Below, piece after piece: positions 36,947 through 48,010 of a stretch of 64,000 nucleotides of DNA; position 1 is the stretch's first letter, and the number at the start of each line of letters is the position of its first letter. The notes below the pieces were generated by a model, which made no database searches, was not told where the DNA came from, and saw only the letters and a list, made by a program, of their open reading frames with translations. Source of the stretch: Alphaproteobacteria bacterium (GTDB taxonomy: Bacteria; Pseudomonadota; Alphaproteobacteria; UBA828); contig CBDEFM010000002.1 of assembly GCA_965237415.1 (NCBI GenBank), positions 3,168,001 through 3,232,000 of the forward strand, written 5' to 3'. The translations under genes were made by a program, and so were the position numbers.

Positions 36947-38093
36947 AGCCGTCGCGGTGCGGGCGCATGCTGACCGGGCGCTGGATCGGCGGACGGCTCT
37001 CCGCCGCGCCGGGCGCGATCGCAACGCCGAGGCCAGGCACGGTGGGGATGGAGACGAAGCCATCTTCCATGGGCGGCACGCCCGTCACCACGTCCGAGCC
37101 GAGGAGCGCCAGGCTGGTCTCCATCTTCAGCGCCTCGAAGCCGGTCGTGTATTCCTGGATCGCGAAGTTCGGGATCGCGGCGGCAAGGTGGAGGCAGGCG
37201 GCGAGGCCCAAGGGCGAGAGAGGATTGTGCGGCGCCACCATGACGTGATGGGCCTCGGCCATCGCCGCCACCTTGCGCCCCCCGGTGATGCCGCCGCAGA
37301 GCGCGACATCGACGCGCGCGAAGCCCGCGCCGCTGCGTGCGAAGAGGGCGCGGAAGTCGTGGAGAGAGGCGTAGCGCTCGCCGGTCGCGATCGGCGCATG
37401 CACCCGACGCGCCACCTCGGCCATGGCGTCCGGGTTCTCCGGCCGGATCGGGTCCTCGCACCAGTAGGGCAGATAGCGCTCGATGCGCGGGATGAAGTCG
37501 ATCGCCTCGGCGGGCGTGAGCCGCCGGTGCAGCTCCAGCAGCATGTCGACCTCGCCGCCCAGCGCCTCGCGCACGCGGCGCACGGTCTCGACAGCGCGGC
37601 TCATGTGGCTCACGTGGGAGGCGAAGAAGGGCTCGTCCTCGCGCTCGTCGAGGAAGGGGTTGATATGGCCGACCGCGTTGAAGCCGGCCTCCTTGAGGGC
37701 GACGCAGTTCTCCACCAGCTCGTCGGTGGTCTTGCCGTAGGCGTGGCCGTAGACCCTGGCATGGGTCCGGCACGGCCCGCCGAGGAGGGAATGGACCGGG
37801 ACGCCCAGCGCCTTGCCCTTGATGTCCCAGAGCGCTATGTCGATCGCCGCGATGGCGCCATTGATCGCTCCGCCCTGGAAGTGGCTGAAGCGGTGCATGA
37901 GGTTCCAGTGGCGCTCGATGGGCCCCGGGTCCTCGCCTAACAGATGCCCGGCGAAGGTCTCGATGGCCGCGCGCGAAGCCGCGAGATGCCCCCATGTGCC
38001 CGATTCGCCGAGCCCGGTGATGCCGGCGTCGGTCTCGATTTCGACGAAGAGGAACTGGCCGATCGAGACCGGCGTGACTGCGGTGATCTTCAT
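36930..38093 (-). CDS. Mandelate racemase/enolase-superfamily dehydratase (galactonate dehydratase-like)
   Basis: TDAGITGLGE, IDIALWDIKGKALG, ELHRR, EDP, ATGER, APHNP and QE motifs. Confidence 0.88.
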   Translation of the reverse strand: MKITAVTPVSIGQFLFVEIETDAGITGLGESGTWGHLAASRAAIETFAGHLLGEDPGPIERHWNLMHRFSHFQGGAINGAIAAIDIALWDIKGKALGVPVHSLLGGPCRTHARVYGHAYGKTTDELVENCVALKEAGFNAVGHINPFLDEREDEPFFASHVSHMSRAVETVRRVREALGGEVDMLLELHRRLTPAEAIDFIPRIERYLPYWCEDPIRPENPDAMAEVARRVHAPIATGERYASLHDFRALFARSGAGFARVDVALCGGITGGRKVAAMAEAHHVMVAPHNPLSPLGLAACLHLAAAIPNFAIQEYTTGFEALKMETSLALLGSDVVTGVPPMEDGFVSIPTVPGLGVAIAPGAAESRPPIQRPVSMRPHRDGFVVDQ

Positions 38094-38112
38094 GGGCGCT
38101 CCCATAGAGGGG

Positions 38113-39279
38113 CTAGTCAGCTGGCTCCAGCCTGAGCAGCATCCCCTCGGGGTGGTCGGTGAGCAGATAGATGAGGCCGTCCGGCCCCTGGCGCACGTCG
38201 CGGATGCGCTCCTCCAGGTCTTCGAGCATGCGTTCCTCCACCACCGCCTTGCCGCCCGCGACCTCGAGCCGCACCAGAAGCTCGCCCGAGAGCGCACCGG
38301 CGAAGAAGCTCCCTTGCCAGGCGGGGAAGCGATCAGCGTCGTAGATCATCAGCCCCGACGGCGAGATGGATGGCACCCAGTAGTGCACCGGCTGGGCCAT
38401 CCCTTCCTTGTGGGTGCCTTCGCCGATCTTGAAGCCCATATAGCTCTTGCCGTAGGTGATCACGGGCCAGCCGTAGTTCACCCCCGGCTCGATCAGGTTC
38501 AGCTCGTCCCCGCCCTTCGGCCCGTGTTCCACGGCGTAGATTCGCCCCGTCGCAGCCTCGCGCGCCATGCCTTGCGGATTGCGGTGGCCGATGGAGTAGA
38601 GCTCGGGCCGGGCGTCCGCGGTTCCGACGAAGGGGTTGTCCTCGGGCACGCGCCCGTCGTCCTGGAGGCGGATGACGCTGCCCGCCGGGTCGCCTACGTC
38701 CTGGGCGCGGTCGGGCTCGCCCCGCTCGCCCGCGGTGACGAAGAGGTAGCCATCGGCGAACAGCAGGCGCGAGCCGAAATGGCGGCCGCCGTCGTCGCGC
38801 GGCAGGGCGACGTAGATCTCCTCGACATCCTCCAGGCGGGCGCCCGCGAGCCGGCCGCGGGCGACCGCGGTGGCGGCATCGCCATCGTCGTCGGGGCTCG
38901 CGTAGGAGAGGTAAATCAGGCCGTTCTCCGCGAAGCCGGGGTGCAGCGCCACGTCGAGCAGCCCGCCCTGGCCATCGTCCCACACCTCGGGGACGCCTGT
39001 GACGGGCCCGGACAGGAGGCGGCCGTCCGCGACGATGCGGAGCCTGCCGGGGCGCTCCGTCACCAGCATCCGCCCGTCGGGCAGGAAGGCGAGGCCCCAG
39101 GGGTGCTCCAGCCCATCCACCACCTTGACCAGATGGAAGCGGTGCTTGGCGCTCTCGAACGTGCCGAGCCGCTCGGCCGCCGCGAGCGGGCAGGCCGTGC
39201 CGAGGGCAACCGCCGCCATCGCGAGCAACGCCCGGACGGCGCCTATGGTTCGTACCCCTCTACCGCGAGCCTTCGGCAT
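38113..39279 (-). CDS. PQQ-dependent aldose sugar dehydrogenase (YliI/GSDH family)
   Basis: GLEHPWGLAFLPDG, GQGGLLD, HFGSR, GHRNPQG, EHGPKGGDE, NYGWP. Confidence 0.93.
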   Translation of the reverse strand: MPKARGRGVRTIGAVRALLAMAAVALGTACPLAAAERLGTFESAKHRFHLVKVVDGLEHPWGLAFLPDGRMLVTERPGRLRIVADGRLLSGPVTGVPEVWDDGQGGLLDVALHPGFAENGLIYLSYASPDDDGDAATAVARGRLAGARLEDVEEIYVALPRDDGGRHFGSRLLFADGYLFVTAGERGEPDRAQDVGDPAGSVIRLQDDGRVPEDNPFVGTADARPELYSIGHRNPQGMAREAATGRIYAVEHGPKGGDELNLIEPGVNYGWPVITYGKSYMGFKIGEGTHKEGMAQPVHYWVPSISPSGLMIYDADRFPAWQGSFFAGALSGELLVRLEVAGGKAVVEERMLEDLEERIRDVRQGPDGLIYLLTDHPEGMLLRLEPAD

Positions 39280-39418
39280 GGCCTGCGTTCCTCCCCGATG
39301 CGTGGAACCTATCACCGCGCGCTAGAGCCGTGCCAGTGGCCGCGCCGCCCTGGGGTTGCGGCTGCCGGTGGCTTGGGCCACCGTGCCTGGCACGGAAGAT
39401 GCGATAGGATTGCGCGCC

Positions 39419-39994
39419 ATGACACGGCAGCGAAGCCCCGCCCTGCTGCAACGGGACCGCTCGGCCCTCGTCGTCATCGACATGCAGGAGCGGCTCATGC
39501 CTGCCATCGCCGATGCGGACGCGGTGACCCGCGCGGCGGGTATCCTGATCGAGGCATCGCGGCAGCTTGAGGTCCCGGTGGTCGTCACCGAGCAATACCC
39601 CAAGGGCCTCGGCCCCACCGTCGATGCCATCGCGAGCCGGCTTCCCAACGGTGCGGCAGTGGTCGAGAAGATGACCTTCAGCGCCGCGCGCAATTTTGAT
39701 TTCGCGTCTCGGATCGATGAGCTCCGGGCCGCAGGCCGCGATCACATCGTGGTCTGCGGGGTCGAGAGCCATGTCTGCGTGATGCAGACGGCCGCCGACC
39801 TTGGCGCAGAGGGCTGCACCGTTCACATAGTCGCCGATGCCTGCAGCTCGCGTGCGCCCGCCAGCAAGGAGGCCGCGCTGGCACGGTTCGGGGCGTTGGG
39901 GATCTCCCGCGTGACCACCGAGATGGTGCTGTTCGAATGGCTGGAGGCCGCCGGCACGCCGGAATTCAAGGCCGTCTCCCGCCTCGTCAAGTAG
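39419..39994 (+). CDS. Isochorismatase-family hydrolase (YcaC/ISOC-like)
   Basis: VIDMQERL, TEQYPKGLG, EKMTFS and GVESHVCV motifs. Confidence 0.92.
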   Translation: MTRQRSPALLQRDRSALVVIDMQERLMPAIADADAVTRAAGILIEASRQLEVPVVVTEQYPKGLGPTVDAIASRLPNGAAVVEKMTFSAARNFDFASRIDELRAAGRDHIVVCGVESHVCVMQTAADLGAEGCTVHIVADACSSRAPASKEAALARFGALGISRVTTEMVLFEWLEAAGTPEFKAVSRLVK

Positions 39995-40048
39995 ACCCGC
40001 GCAAATGACCGCCCGGCCGCTACGCGTCTCGCGGGGAGGGAGCGGATC

Positions 40049-40612
40049 ATGCTGACGCGCCGAACCGTGCTCGGCGCGGCCGCCGCGGCGGTGCTGCTCG
40101 CAGGCGCCGCGCCCCACGCCAAGGCGACGCAGACCGTCCTGATCGGCGGCGGCCCGGCCGACGGCGTCTACACATTGGCGGCGCGCCAAATCTGCACGCT
40201 GGTGGACGAGCGCGCTGGCCACAAGTACGGCTGCATACCCCGTGCTGTGCCTGGATCGGTCTTCAACATTCGCGCGATCGAAATCGGCCTGATGGAGTTC
40301 GGCCTCGCACAATCCGACCGCACGCACGAGGCCGTCGTCGGGTCAGGCGCGTGGGAGGGCAAGCCGGTGGCGAGCCTGCAGAGCGCCTTCCGCCTGCACC
40401 CCGAGACGGTGCTGCTTGTGACCGGCGCCGACGTCGCTGACGATCTCGTCTACGATGTGGTGAGAGTTGTCTTCGAGAATCTCGAGGTGTTGAGGGGCGC
40501 ACACCCGTCGTTCGGCGCTCTCGAGCCTGCGGCGATGCTGCAGGACCTCGCGGCGCCCCTTCATCCCGGCGCCGCGCGTTACTATCGGGAGCGGGAATGG
40601 ATCCAGCCGTAG
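40049..40612 (+). CDS. Shortened TAXI-family TRAP solute-binding protein (central domain missing)
   Basis: Tat-like TRRTVL; IGGG..GVY, GSVFNI and QSD N-terminal motifs joined to C-terminal DDLVY...APLHPGAARYYRE; only 187 aa. Confidence 0.8.
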   Translation: MLTRRTVLGAAAAAVLLAGAAPHAKATQTVLIGGGPADGVYTLAARQICTLVDERAGHKYGCIPRAVPGSVFNIRAIEIGLMEFGLAQSDRTHEAVVGSGAWEGKPVASLQSAFRLHPETVLLVTGADVADDLVYDVVRVVFENLEVLRGAHPSFGALEPAAMLQDLAAPLHPGAARYYREREWIQP

Positions 40613-40640
40613 CCGTGACGACGATCGGAGCACAACGGCC

Positions 40641-41420
40641 ATGCGCCTCTTCCTGAGTCAGCGGGAGCGCTCGATCCGGCGCTCCGAGTGGAGCCCCGCA
40701 CCCGCGCAGGTGCCCGAGGGCGAGCGGGTCTACGCCATCGGCGACATCCATGGCCGGCTCGACCTGCTCAAGATGCTGGTCGCGGCGATCGAGGAGGAGC
40801 AGCGCCTTCTGCCGCCCGGCCGCCCGACTGTGGTGTTTCTCGGCGACTATGTGGACCGCGGACCGGACTCCTGCGGGGTCATCGATTGGCTGTGCGAGCG
40901 CCCGCTGCCCGACTTCGAGCGCGTGCACCTGCGCGGCAATCACGAGGAGTGGTTCGAGGACTTCCTCACCGACATCAGCGTCGGGCCGAGTTGGCTCTAC
41001 TGCGGCGGGGTGGCGACGCTCGCAAGCTACGGCATCCGGGCGGCGCTCGGAGAGGACAACCCGGCGCGGCTTAAGGGATTGCAGGCGGACCTCGCGGCGG
41101 CGTTGCCCGGCTCCCACCGCGCCTTCCTGCGCGCGCTCGATCACTATCACGAGATCGGCGGCTATCTCTTCGTCCATGCCGGCGTCAGGCCCGGTGTGCC
41201 GCTCGCCGAGCAATCGCTCGACGATCTGCTGTGGATTCGCGATGCCTTTCTGCACGCGACTGCCGACCACGGCCATGTCGTCGTGCACGGCCACTCGATT
41301 TCGAATGAGGCGGAAGTTCTCCCCAACCGCATCGGCATCGATACCGGCGCGTTTGCCACAAACGTGCTGACTTGCCTCGTGCTGGAGGCGGACCGCTATC
41401 GCCTGATTCAGACGGCTTGA
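40641..41420 (+). CDS. Metallophosphoesterase (Ser/Thr protein phosphatase, PrpA-like)
   Basis: GDIHG, GDYVDRG, GNHE, HAG, HGH and IDTG motifs. Confidence 0.93.
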   Translation: MRLFLSQRERSIRRSEWSPAPAQVPEGERVYAIGDIHGRLDLLKMLVAAIEEEQRLLPPGRPTVVFLGDYVDRGPDSCGVIDWLCERPLPDFERVHLRGNHEEWFEDFLTDISVGPSWLYCGGVATLASYGIRAALGEDNPARLKGLQADLAAALPGSHRAFLRALDHYHEIGGYLFVHAGVRPGVPLAEQSLDDLLWIRDAFLHATADHGHVVVHGHSISNEAEVLPNRIGIDTGAFATNVLTCLVLEADRYRLIQTA

Positions 41421-41456
41421 GAATGTGGCCGCGGGCTCGGGGCCGCGGCGCGCGGC

Positions 41457-42023
41457 CTATTCGGTCGGCAGGTCCGCCGGCGTCGCGCTGAAGGAGCGGA
41501 GATAGGCGAGGACGTTGGCGCGATTACCGTCCTTGGAGACACCCTTGAAGGCCATCTTGGTGCCCGGCACGGTGCCTTTCGGGTCGGAGATGAACTGGTT
41601 CAGGCGCTCGAAATCCCAGACACCCTCTTCGGCCGCCATGGCGTCGGAGAAGTTGAAGCCCTCGTGGCTCGCGATCGGCCGGTTGACGACGTTCCAGAGA
41701 TTGGGCCCGACCTTGTTCTTGCCGCCTTCGTCCGCGGTGTGGCAGGCGGCGCATTTCTTGAACACCCTCTGCCCCTTGGCAGGGTCGGCCTCGGCCAGCA
41801 GTTCTGCCAGAGACATCGCCGGCATCTCGGGCTCGTCGGCCGCCGCCTCGTCGTGCATGGCGTCGTCCTGCTCGAGGCCGGCGACCTCGTAATGGATCAC
41901 CCGCTCGTGGTGACCATGCTCGAGTTTGCCATAGGCCGCGAGGGAGATGAGCCACGCCGTCATCGCGGTCAAACCCGCAAAGAGGATCGCGCCGAAGACC
42001 TTATTCAGCTCGTAGGTATTCAT
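41457..42023 (-). CDS. Membrane-anchored cytochrome c (CycM/cy-like)
   Basis: MNTYELNK plus TM anchor; CAACH heme motif, GPNL, PGTKMAF. Confidence 0.93.
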   Translation of the reverse strand: MNTYELNKVFGAILFAGLTAMTAWLISLAAYGKLEHGHHERVIHYEVAGLEQDDAMHDEAAADEPEMPAMSLAELLAEADPAKGQRVFKKCAACHTADEGGKNKVGPNLWNVVNRPIASHEGFNFSDAMAAEEGVWDFERLNQFISDPKGTVPGTKMAFKGVSKDGNRANVLAYLRSFSATPADLPTE

Positions 42024-42213
42024 GCCGCCCGTTGGAGTGGGTGGAACCGGATCGTCGGGAGCCGACGGGCGGCGAGATTAGCCGCTTCAACCGGCCATGT
42101 CCAACGATCCTCATGGCCCTCGACGATCCTTCTCGACAAGAGCGGCGCGGCGCCTTATCTGGCTCAACGATGACGATGCGTACAGAGAGCGCGGTGCGGG
42201 CGAGGGGGCGCAG

Positions 42214-42987
42214 ATGAGCGCTTCTGCCGCAGCCAGACCGCCGCCCCGGAACCCGATCGTGCTCATTCCGGCGCGCATGGCCTCGCTGCGATTGCCCGGT
42301 AAACCGCTCGCCGATATCGCCGGCCGGCCGATGATCGTGCACGTGCTGGAGCGTGCCGAAGCTGCGGCGATTGGCCCCGTGGTCGTCGCCTGCGCCGAGC
42401 CCGCGATCGCCGATGCAGTCGAGAGCGCCGGCGGGCGCGCGGTGCTCACGCGCCCCGACCACGCCTCGGGCTCCGATCGGATCTTCGAGGCGTTGCAGGC
42501 GATCGATCCGGCGGGCGAGCACGATGCCGTCGTCAACCTGCAGGGCGACCTGCCCATCCTCGACCCGGCGTTGCCGGCCCGAGCGCTCGCACTGTTGGCG
42601 GACCCCGCCGTGGATGTCGGCACGCTCGCGGCCGAGATCGCCGATCCGGCGGAGCGGGCGGACCCGAATGTGGTCAAGGCCGTGGTTTCGCATCGGCCGG
42701 GCAGCGCCGGGGGCCGCGCGCTCTATTTCACCCGCGCGACCGCGCCCTCGGGCGAAGGCCCGCTCTGGCACCATATCGGCCTCTACGCCTACAGGCGCGA
42801 GGCGCTGGCCCGCTTCGTCGCGCTCCCGCCCAGCCCGCTGGAACGGCGCGAGCGGCTGGAGCAGCTTCGCGCGCTTGAAGTCGGGATGCGTATCGAGGTC
42901 GCCTTCGTTGACACGGTCCCGCTCGGCGTCGATACGCCGGCACAGCTTGCGCGGGCGCGAGCGCTGATCGCGGGCAACTTGGAGTGA
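42214..42987 (+). CDS. kdsB: 3-deoxy-manno-octulosonate cytidylyltransferase
   Basis: [32 protein letters not shown] and [10 protein letters not shown] motifs. Confidence 0.96.
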   Translation: MSASAAARPPPRNPIVLIPARMASLRLPGKPLADIAGRPMIVHVLERAEAAAIGPVVVACAEPAIADAVESAGGRAVLTRPDHASGSDRIFEALQAIDPAGEHDAVVNLQGDLPILDPALPARALALLADPAVDVGTLAAEIADPAERADPNVVKAVVSHRPGSAGGRALYFTRATAPSGEGPLWHHIGLYAYRREALARFVALPPSPLERRERLEQLRALEVGMRIEVAFVDTVPLGVDTPAQLARARALIAGNLE

Positions 42988-42994
42988 AGCAAGG

Positions 42995-43531
42995 ATGATC
43001 GAACAGGTTCTCTCGTTCTGGTTCGAACGCCACGGCCCCGAGCAGTGGTGGGCCAAGGACCCCGCCTTCGACGAGGCGATCCGCACCGAGTTCGGCGCGC
43101 TCCACGCCAGCGCCGCCCTGGGCGAGCTGTACGACTGGCGGGATGTGCCGGACGGCCGCCTTGCCGAGATCATTGTGCTCGACCAGTTCTCCCGAAATCT
43201 CTATCGCGAGGACCCGCGCGCCTTCGCCTGCGACGGCATGGCGCTGGCGTTGGCGCAGGAGTCGGTACGCATCGGCGCCGACCGGGCGGTCCTGCTGGAG
43301 CGCCGGAAGTTCTTCTACATGCCCTACGAGCACAGCGAATCGCCACGCGTCCACGAGATTGCCGTGACCCTCTTCGAATCGCTGGACGATCCCGAGAGCC
43401 TGAAATACGAGCTGCAGCACAAGGCGATCGTCGACCGTTTCGGGCGCTATCCGCACCGCAACAAGGCGCTCGGGCGGGAGTCCACGGCGGAGGAATTTGC
43501 CTTCCTCAAGACGCCCGACTCGTCGTTCTGA
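42995..43531 (+). CDS. DUF924 family protein
   Basis: VLSFWF, IIVLDQFSRN, FFYMPYEHSE and FGRYPHRN motifs. Confidence 0.93.
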   Translation: MIEQVLSFWFERHGPEQWWAKDPAFDEAIRTEFGALHASAALGELYDWRDVPDGRLAEIIVLDQFSRNLYREDPRAFACDGMALALAQESVRIGADRAVLLERRKFFYMPYEHSESPRVHEIAVTLFESLDDPESLKYELQHKAIVDRFGRYPHRNKALGRESTAEEFAFLKTPDSSF

Positions 43532-43621
43532 ACCGGCGCCCAAGGGCTGTTGACGCTTACCCCGGCGGGGGGCATGGTGCGCGCACTTTCGGCGCGGCGG
43601 CGCGGCACAGGACGGGGGCTC

Positions 43622-45643
43622 ATGCCTTCCTTATCGGCTGAAGGGCGCGTACCGCGCGCCGGTCACGCGGATATGGCGAACGCGATCCGCGCTCTCGCTA
43701 TGGACGCGGTGGAGCAGGCGCGTTCCGGCCATCCCGGCATGCCCATGGGCCTTGCCGATGTCGCGACCGTTCTCTTCGGCCGCTTCCTCAAGTTCGACCC
43801 CTCGCGCCCCGACTGGCCCGACCGGGACCGCTTCGTGCTCTCGAACGGGCACGGCTCGATGCTGCTCTATGCGCTGCTTTATCTGACCGGCTATCCGGAT
43901 ATCGATATCGACGAGATCCGCAATTTCCGCCAGCTCGGCAGCCGCACCGCCGGTCATCCCGAGTACGGCGTCGCCGCCGGGATCGAGACCACCACCGGCC
44001 CGCTCGGCCAGGGCCTTGCCAACGCGGTCGGCATGGCGCTGGCGGAGCGCAACATGGCTGCCCGCTTCGGCAGCGAGCTTGTGGACCATCACACCTATGT
44101 CGTGTGCGGCGATGGTTGCCTGATGGAAGGCATCAGCCAGGAGGCGATCTCGCTCGCCGGCCATCTGAGGCTGGACCGCCTGATCGTGCTCTACGATTCC
44201 AACGATATCTCGATCGACGGTCCCACCAGCCTCGCTTTCTCCGACGACGCTCGCGCGCGTTTCGAATCCGCCGGTTGGCATACGCAGCGCGTCGACGGCC
44301 ACGGTCCGGAGGCTGTCGCGGCGGCAATAGCCGCAGCCAAGGCCGAGCCCCGGCCCTCGATGATCGAATGCCGGACGGTGATCGGCTTCGGTGCGCCGAC
44401 GAAGGCCGGAACTGCCGCGAGCCATGGCGCGCCCCTCGGGGCCGAGGAGATCGCGGGCGCCCGCGACAGGCTGGACTGGCCCCATGCTCCCTTCACGGTG
44501 CCGGACTCGATCCTCGCGGCCTGGCGCACCATCGGCGAGCGGGGAAGGGACGCGCGAACGGCCTGGGAGGCGCGCCGTGCCGCGCTCGGCGAGGGCCGCC
44601 GGGCCGCCTTCGACGCTGCCGTGGCGGGCGATCTGCCTGCCGGCCTCTCGGAGGCGCTCGCGGCATTGAAGCGAAGCTTCGCCGATGAGGGGCCCACCAT
44701 CGCGACGCGGGTGGCGAACCAACGGGTGATCGGCGCGATTGCCGATGCCGTGCCGTGCCTCATCGGCGGCTCAGCCGACCTCACGGGCTCCAACGGCACC
44801 AAGACCGACGCTCTCGTCCCCATCGCCCCCGGCGACTACGGCGGCCGCTACCTCTATTTCGGCGTCCGCGAGCACGCCATGGGCGCGGTGATGAACGGCA
44901 TGGCGCTCCACGGCGGCGTCATCCCCTTCGGCGGCACCTTCCTCACCTTTACCGACTACTGCCGGCCGGCGATCCGGCTGTCTGCGCTCATGGAGCTCCG
45001 CGTCATCTACGTGATGACCCACGATTCCATCGGCCTCGGCGAGGACGGCCCGACCCATCAGCCGATCGAGCACCTCGCGAGCCTGCGGGCGATGCCCAAC
45101 CTCTTGCTGTTCCGGCCGGCCGACGCCGTCGAGACGGTGGAATGCTGGGAGCTCGCATTGGCGAACGCCGAGCGCCCCTCGGTGCTGGCGCTCACGCGCC
45201 AAGGCGTGCCGTGCCTCAGGGCGGGCGCGGGCGGCACCGGCACCGGAAACGCCTGCGCACATGGCGGCTACGTGCTGCGCGAGGCGAGCGGCGAGACACC
45301 CCGCGTCGTGCTGCTCGCCACCGGCTCGGAATGCGCGATCGCCGACGAGGCACGACAGACGCTGGAGGCCGCCGGCGTGCCGACGCGGCTGGTATCGCTC
45401 CCCTGCTGGGCGCTGTTCGATGAGCAGGAGCCCTCCTATCGCGAAGGCGTGCTGGGCGGTGCCGATACGGTGCGGATCGCGGTCGAGGCGGCAAGCCCCT
45501 TCGGTTGGGAGCGCTACGTGGGCCCCGCCGGCGCCATCGTCGGGATGCGGGGTTTTGGCGCCTCTGCGCCTGCCAAGGACCTCTACGCCCACTTCGGCAT
45601 CACGGCCGACGCCGTGGTCGCGGCGGCCAAGACGCGGCTGTAG
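43622..45643 (+). CDS. tkt: Transketolase
   Basis: [27 protein letters not shown] and GEDGPTHQP motifs. Confidence 0.98.
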   Translation: MPSLSAEGRVPRAGHADMANAIRALAMDAVEQARSGHPGMPMGLADVATVLFGRFLKFDPSRPDWPDRDRFVLSNGHGSMLLYALLYLTGYPDIDIDEIRNFRQLGSRTAGHPEYGVAAGIETTTGPLGQGLANAVGMALAERNMAARFGSELVDHHTYVVCGDGCLMEGISQEAISLAGHLRLDRLIVLYDSNDISIDGPTSLAFSDDARARFESAGWHTQRVDGHGPEAVAAAIAAAKAEPRPSMIECRTVIGFGAPTKAGTAASHGAPLGAEEIAGARDRLDWPHAPFTVPDSILAAWRTIGERGRDARTAWEARRAALGEGRRAAFDAAVAGDLPAGLSEALAALKRSFADEGPTIATRVANQRVIGAIADAVPCLIGGSADLTGSNGTKTDALVPIAPGDYGGRYLYFGVREHAMGAVMNGMALHGGVIPFGGTFLTFTDYCRPAIRLSALMELRVIYVMTHDSIGLGEDGPTHQPIEHLASLRAMPNLLLFRPADAVETVECWELALANAERPSVLALTRQGVPCLRAGAGGTGTGNACAHGGYVLREASGETPRVVLLATGSECAIADEARQTLEAAGVPTRLVSLPCWALFDEQEPSYREGVLGGADTVRIAVEAASPFGWERYVGPAGAIVGMRGFGASAPAKDLYAHFGITADAVVAAAKTRL

Positions 45644-45759
45644 AGCGCTCCGGGTAGGCGCGGGCCGCGCCCGCCGGGATGGCCCTGGGCCGGCACGGCG
45701 GTTGACCGCCAAAGACCAAGCCGATAGCAAGGCGCGGCATCTCAGTCATTGGAGGGGGC

Positions 45760-46764
45760 ATGACGGTTCGCATCGCCATCAACGGGTTCGGGCGGATCGG
45801 CCGCAACATCCTGCGCGCAATTCACGAATCCGGCCGCACCGATCTCACCGTCGTCGCCCTCAACGACCTGGGCGACGTGGAGACCAACGCGCACCTGCTG
45901 CGCTACGATTCGGTCCACGGGCGCTTCCCCGGCACGGTCGAGGTGGCGGAAGGCTCGATCGACATCGGCGCGGGGCCGATCCAGGTGCTCAGCGAGCGCG
46001 ACCCGGCGCGGCTGCCCTGGGCCGACCTCGGCATCGACGTGGCGCTGGAGTGCACCGGGATCTTCACGGCGCGGGAGAAAGCGGCGGCGCATCTGGAAGC
46101 CGGTGCGCGGGCGGTGCTGATCTCGGCGCCCGGAACGGATTCCGACCTCACCGTGGTCTATGGCGTCAATCACCAGGCGCTCACGCGCGAGCACCGCATC
46201 GTCTCCAACGCGTCGTGCACCACCAACTGCCTGGCCCCGGTCGCCTCAGTGCTGCACGACGCCATCGGGATCGCGAGCGGCTTCATGACCACGGTGCACG
46301 CCTACACGCTGGACCAGCCGGTGCTCGACACGCTGCACAAGGACCTGCGGCGCGCACGGGGCGCGGCAGGCTCGATGATCCCCACCTCCACCGGGGCCGC
46401 GCGCGCCGTGGGGCTCGTGCTGCCTGCGCTTGCCGGCAAGCTCGACGGCACCGCGGTCCGGGTGCCGACGGCCAACGTCTCGATGGTCGATCTCAACTTC
46501 GTCGCCAAGCGGTCGACCTCGGTGGCCGAGATCAACGAGGCGGTGGCGAGCGCCGCCGCCGGTGCCATGGCTGGCGTGCTGGCCTATAGCGAGGAGCCTC
46601 TGGTCTCGGTCGATTTCAACCATCGGCCGGAAAGCTCGATCGTCGATGCCGGCCAGACCGCCGTGGTCGATGGTACGCTCGGCCGCGTGCTCTCCTGGTA
46701 CGACAACGAATGGGGCTTCTCCAACCGGATGGGGGATGTCGCCGCCCATCTCGGCAACCTGTGA
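45760..46764 (+). CDS. gap: Type I glyceraldehyde-3-phosphate dehydrogenase
   Basis: [21 protein letters not shown] and WYDNEWG motifs. Confidence 0.97.
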   Translation: MTVRIAINGFGRIGRNILRAIHESGRTDLTVVALNDLGDVETNAHLLRYDSVHGRFPGTVEVAEGSIDIGAGPIQVLSERDPARLPWADLGIDVALECTGIFTAREKAAAHLEAGARAVLISAPGTDSDLTVVYGVNHQALTREHRIVSNASCTTNCLAPVASVLHDAIGIASGFMTTVHAYTLDQPVLDTLHKDLRRARGAAGSMIPTSTGAARAVGLVLPALAGKLDGTAVRVPTANVSMVDLNFVAKRSTSVAEINEAVASAAAGAMAGVLAYSEEPLVSVDFNHRPESSIVDAGQTAVVDGTLGRVLSWYDNEWGFSNRMGDVAAHLGNL

Positions 46765-46789
46765 CGGAGACGGCCCCGCCGCAGGCGGC

Positions 46790-48010
46790 ATGACGGCGTT
46801 CAGATCGCTCGACGATATCGAGGTCGCCGGTAAGCGCGTCCTCGTGCGGGTGGACCTGAATGTGCCGATGCGCGAAGGCGCGGTGGGCGATGCCACGCGG
46901 ATCGACCGGGTGGCGCCAACTCTGAGCGAGCTCGCAGGGCGCGGCGCGCGGGTCATCGTCGCCTCGCACTTCGGCCGGCCCAAGGGAAAGCCCGTGGCGG
47001 CGATGTCGCTCAGCCCCCTTGCCGAACCGCTTTCGCATGCACTCGGCGGCCTCCCGGTGCGCTTCGTCCCCGATTGCATCGGTGAGCAGGCGGAGACCGC
47101 AGTGACTTCACTCGCGCCCGGCGATGTCGCACTGCTGGAGAACCTGCGCTTCCACCCTGGCGAGGAGGCGAACGATCCCGCCTTCGCCGATGCCCTCGCA
47201 CGGCTCGCCGATCTCTACGTCAACGATGCGTTCTCCGCCGCGCATCGCGCCCATGCGTCCACCACCGCCGTGGCGGCGCGCCTGCCGAGCGCGGCGGGGC
47301 GCCTCATGCAGGCCGAGCTGGAGGCGCTCGGCAAGGCGTTGCGGGCGCCCGAGCGGCCTGTCATCGCCGTCGTCGGCGGCGCCAAGGTCTCGACCAAACT
47401 CGCGATCCTCGCCAACCTGATCCGCCGGGTCGACCGCCTCGTCATCGGCGGCGCCATGGCCAACACGTTCCTCCATGCGCAAGGGGTCGCCGTCGGCGCG
47501 TCGCTCCACGAGCCCGACCTCGCGGCGGATGCGCGCCGCATCATGGGGGCGGCGGAGGGAGCCGGGTGCGAGATCGTGCTGCCCACCGACGTGGCGGTGA
47601 CGCAGGAGTTCAGGGAAGGCGCCGAGGATACAGTGACGCTTGTTGGCGATGTGCCGGCAAATGGAATGATCCTCGACCTCGGGCCCGAGACCTGCGTGCG
47701 GATCGAAGCGGCGCTGGCCGAGGCGCGCACGCTGGTGTGGAACGGCCCGCTCGGGGCCTTCGAGATCGCCCCCTTCGACCGGGCGACGACGACATGCGCG
47801 CGCGCGGCTGCCCGGCTTACCGGGGTGGGCAGGCTGCTCTCTGTCGCCGGCGGTGGGGACACGGTCGCGGCGCTCCAGGGCGCCGGTGTGCTCGGGGCCT
47901 TCAGCTATGTGTCGACTGCCGGCGGTGCCTTCCTGGAATGGCTGGAAGGGCGCACCCTGCCGGGGGTCGCGGCGCTCGAGGCAAGCGTCGTGCCGAAGAG
48001 CGGGCCATGA
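46790..48010 (+). CDS. pgk: Phosphoglycerate kinase
   Basis: RVDLNVP, LLENLRF, GGAKVSTK, WNGPLG and STAGGAFLE motifs. Confidence 0.98.
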   Translation: MTAFRSLDDIEVAGKRVLVRVDLNVPMREGAVGDATRIDRVAPTLSELAGRGARVIVASHFGRPKGKPVAAMSLSPLAEPLSHALGGLPVRFVPDCIGEQAETAVTSLAPGDVALLENLRFHPGEEANDPAFADALARLADLYVNDAFSAAHRAHASTTAVAARLPSAAGRLMQAELEALGKALRAPERPVIAVVGGAKVSTKLAILANLIRRVDRLVIGGAMANTFLHAQGVAVGASLHEPDLAADARRIMGAAEGAGCEIVLPTDVAVTQEFREGAEDTVTLVGDVPANGMILDLGPETCVRIEAALAEARTLVWNGPLGAFEIAPFDRATTTCARAAARLTGVGRLLSVAGGGDTVAALQGAGVLGAFSYVSTAGGAFLEWLEGRTLPGVAALEASVVPKSGP

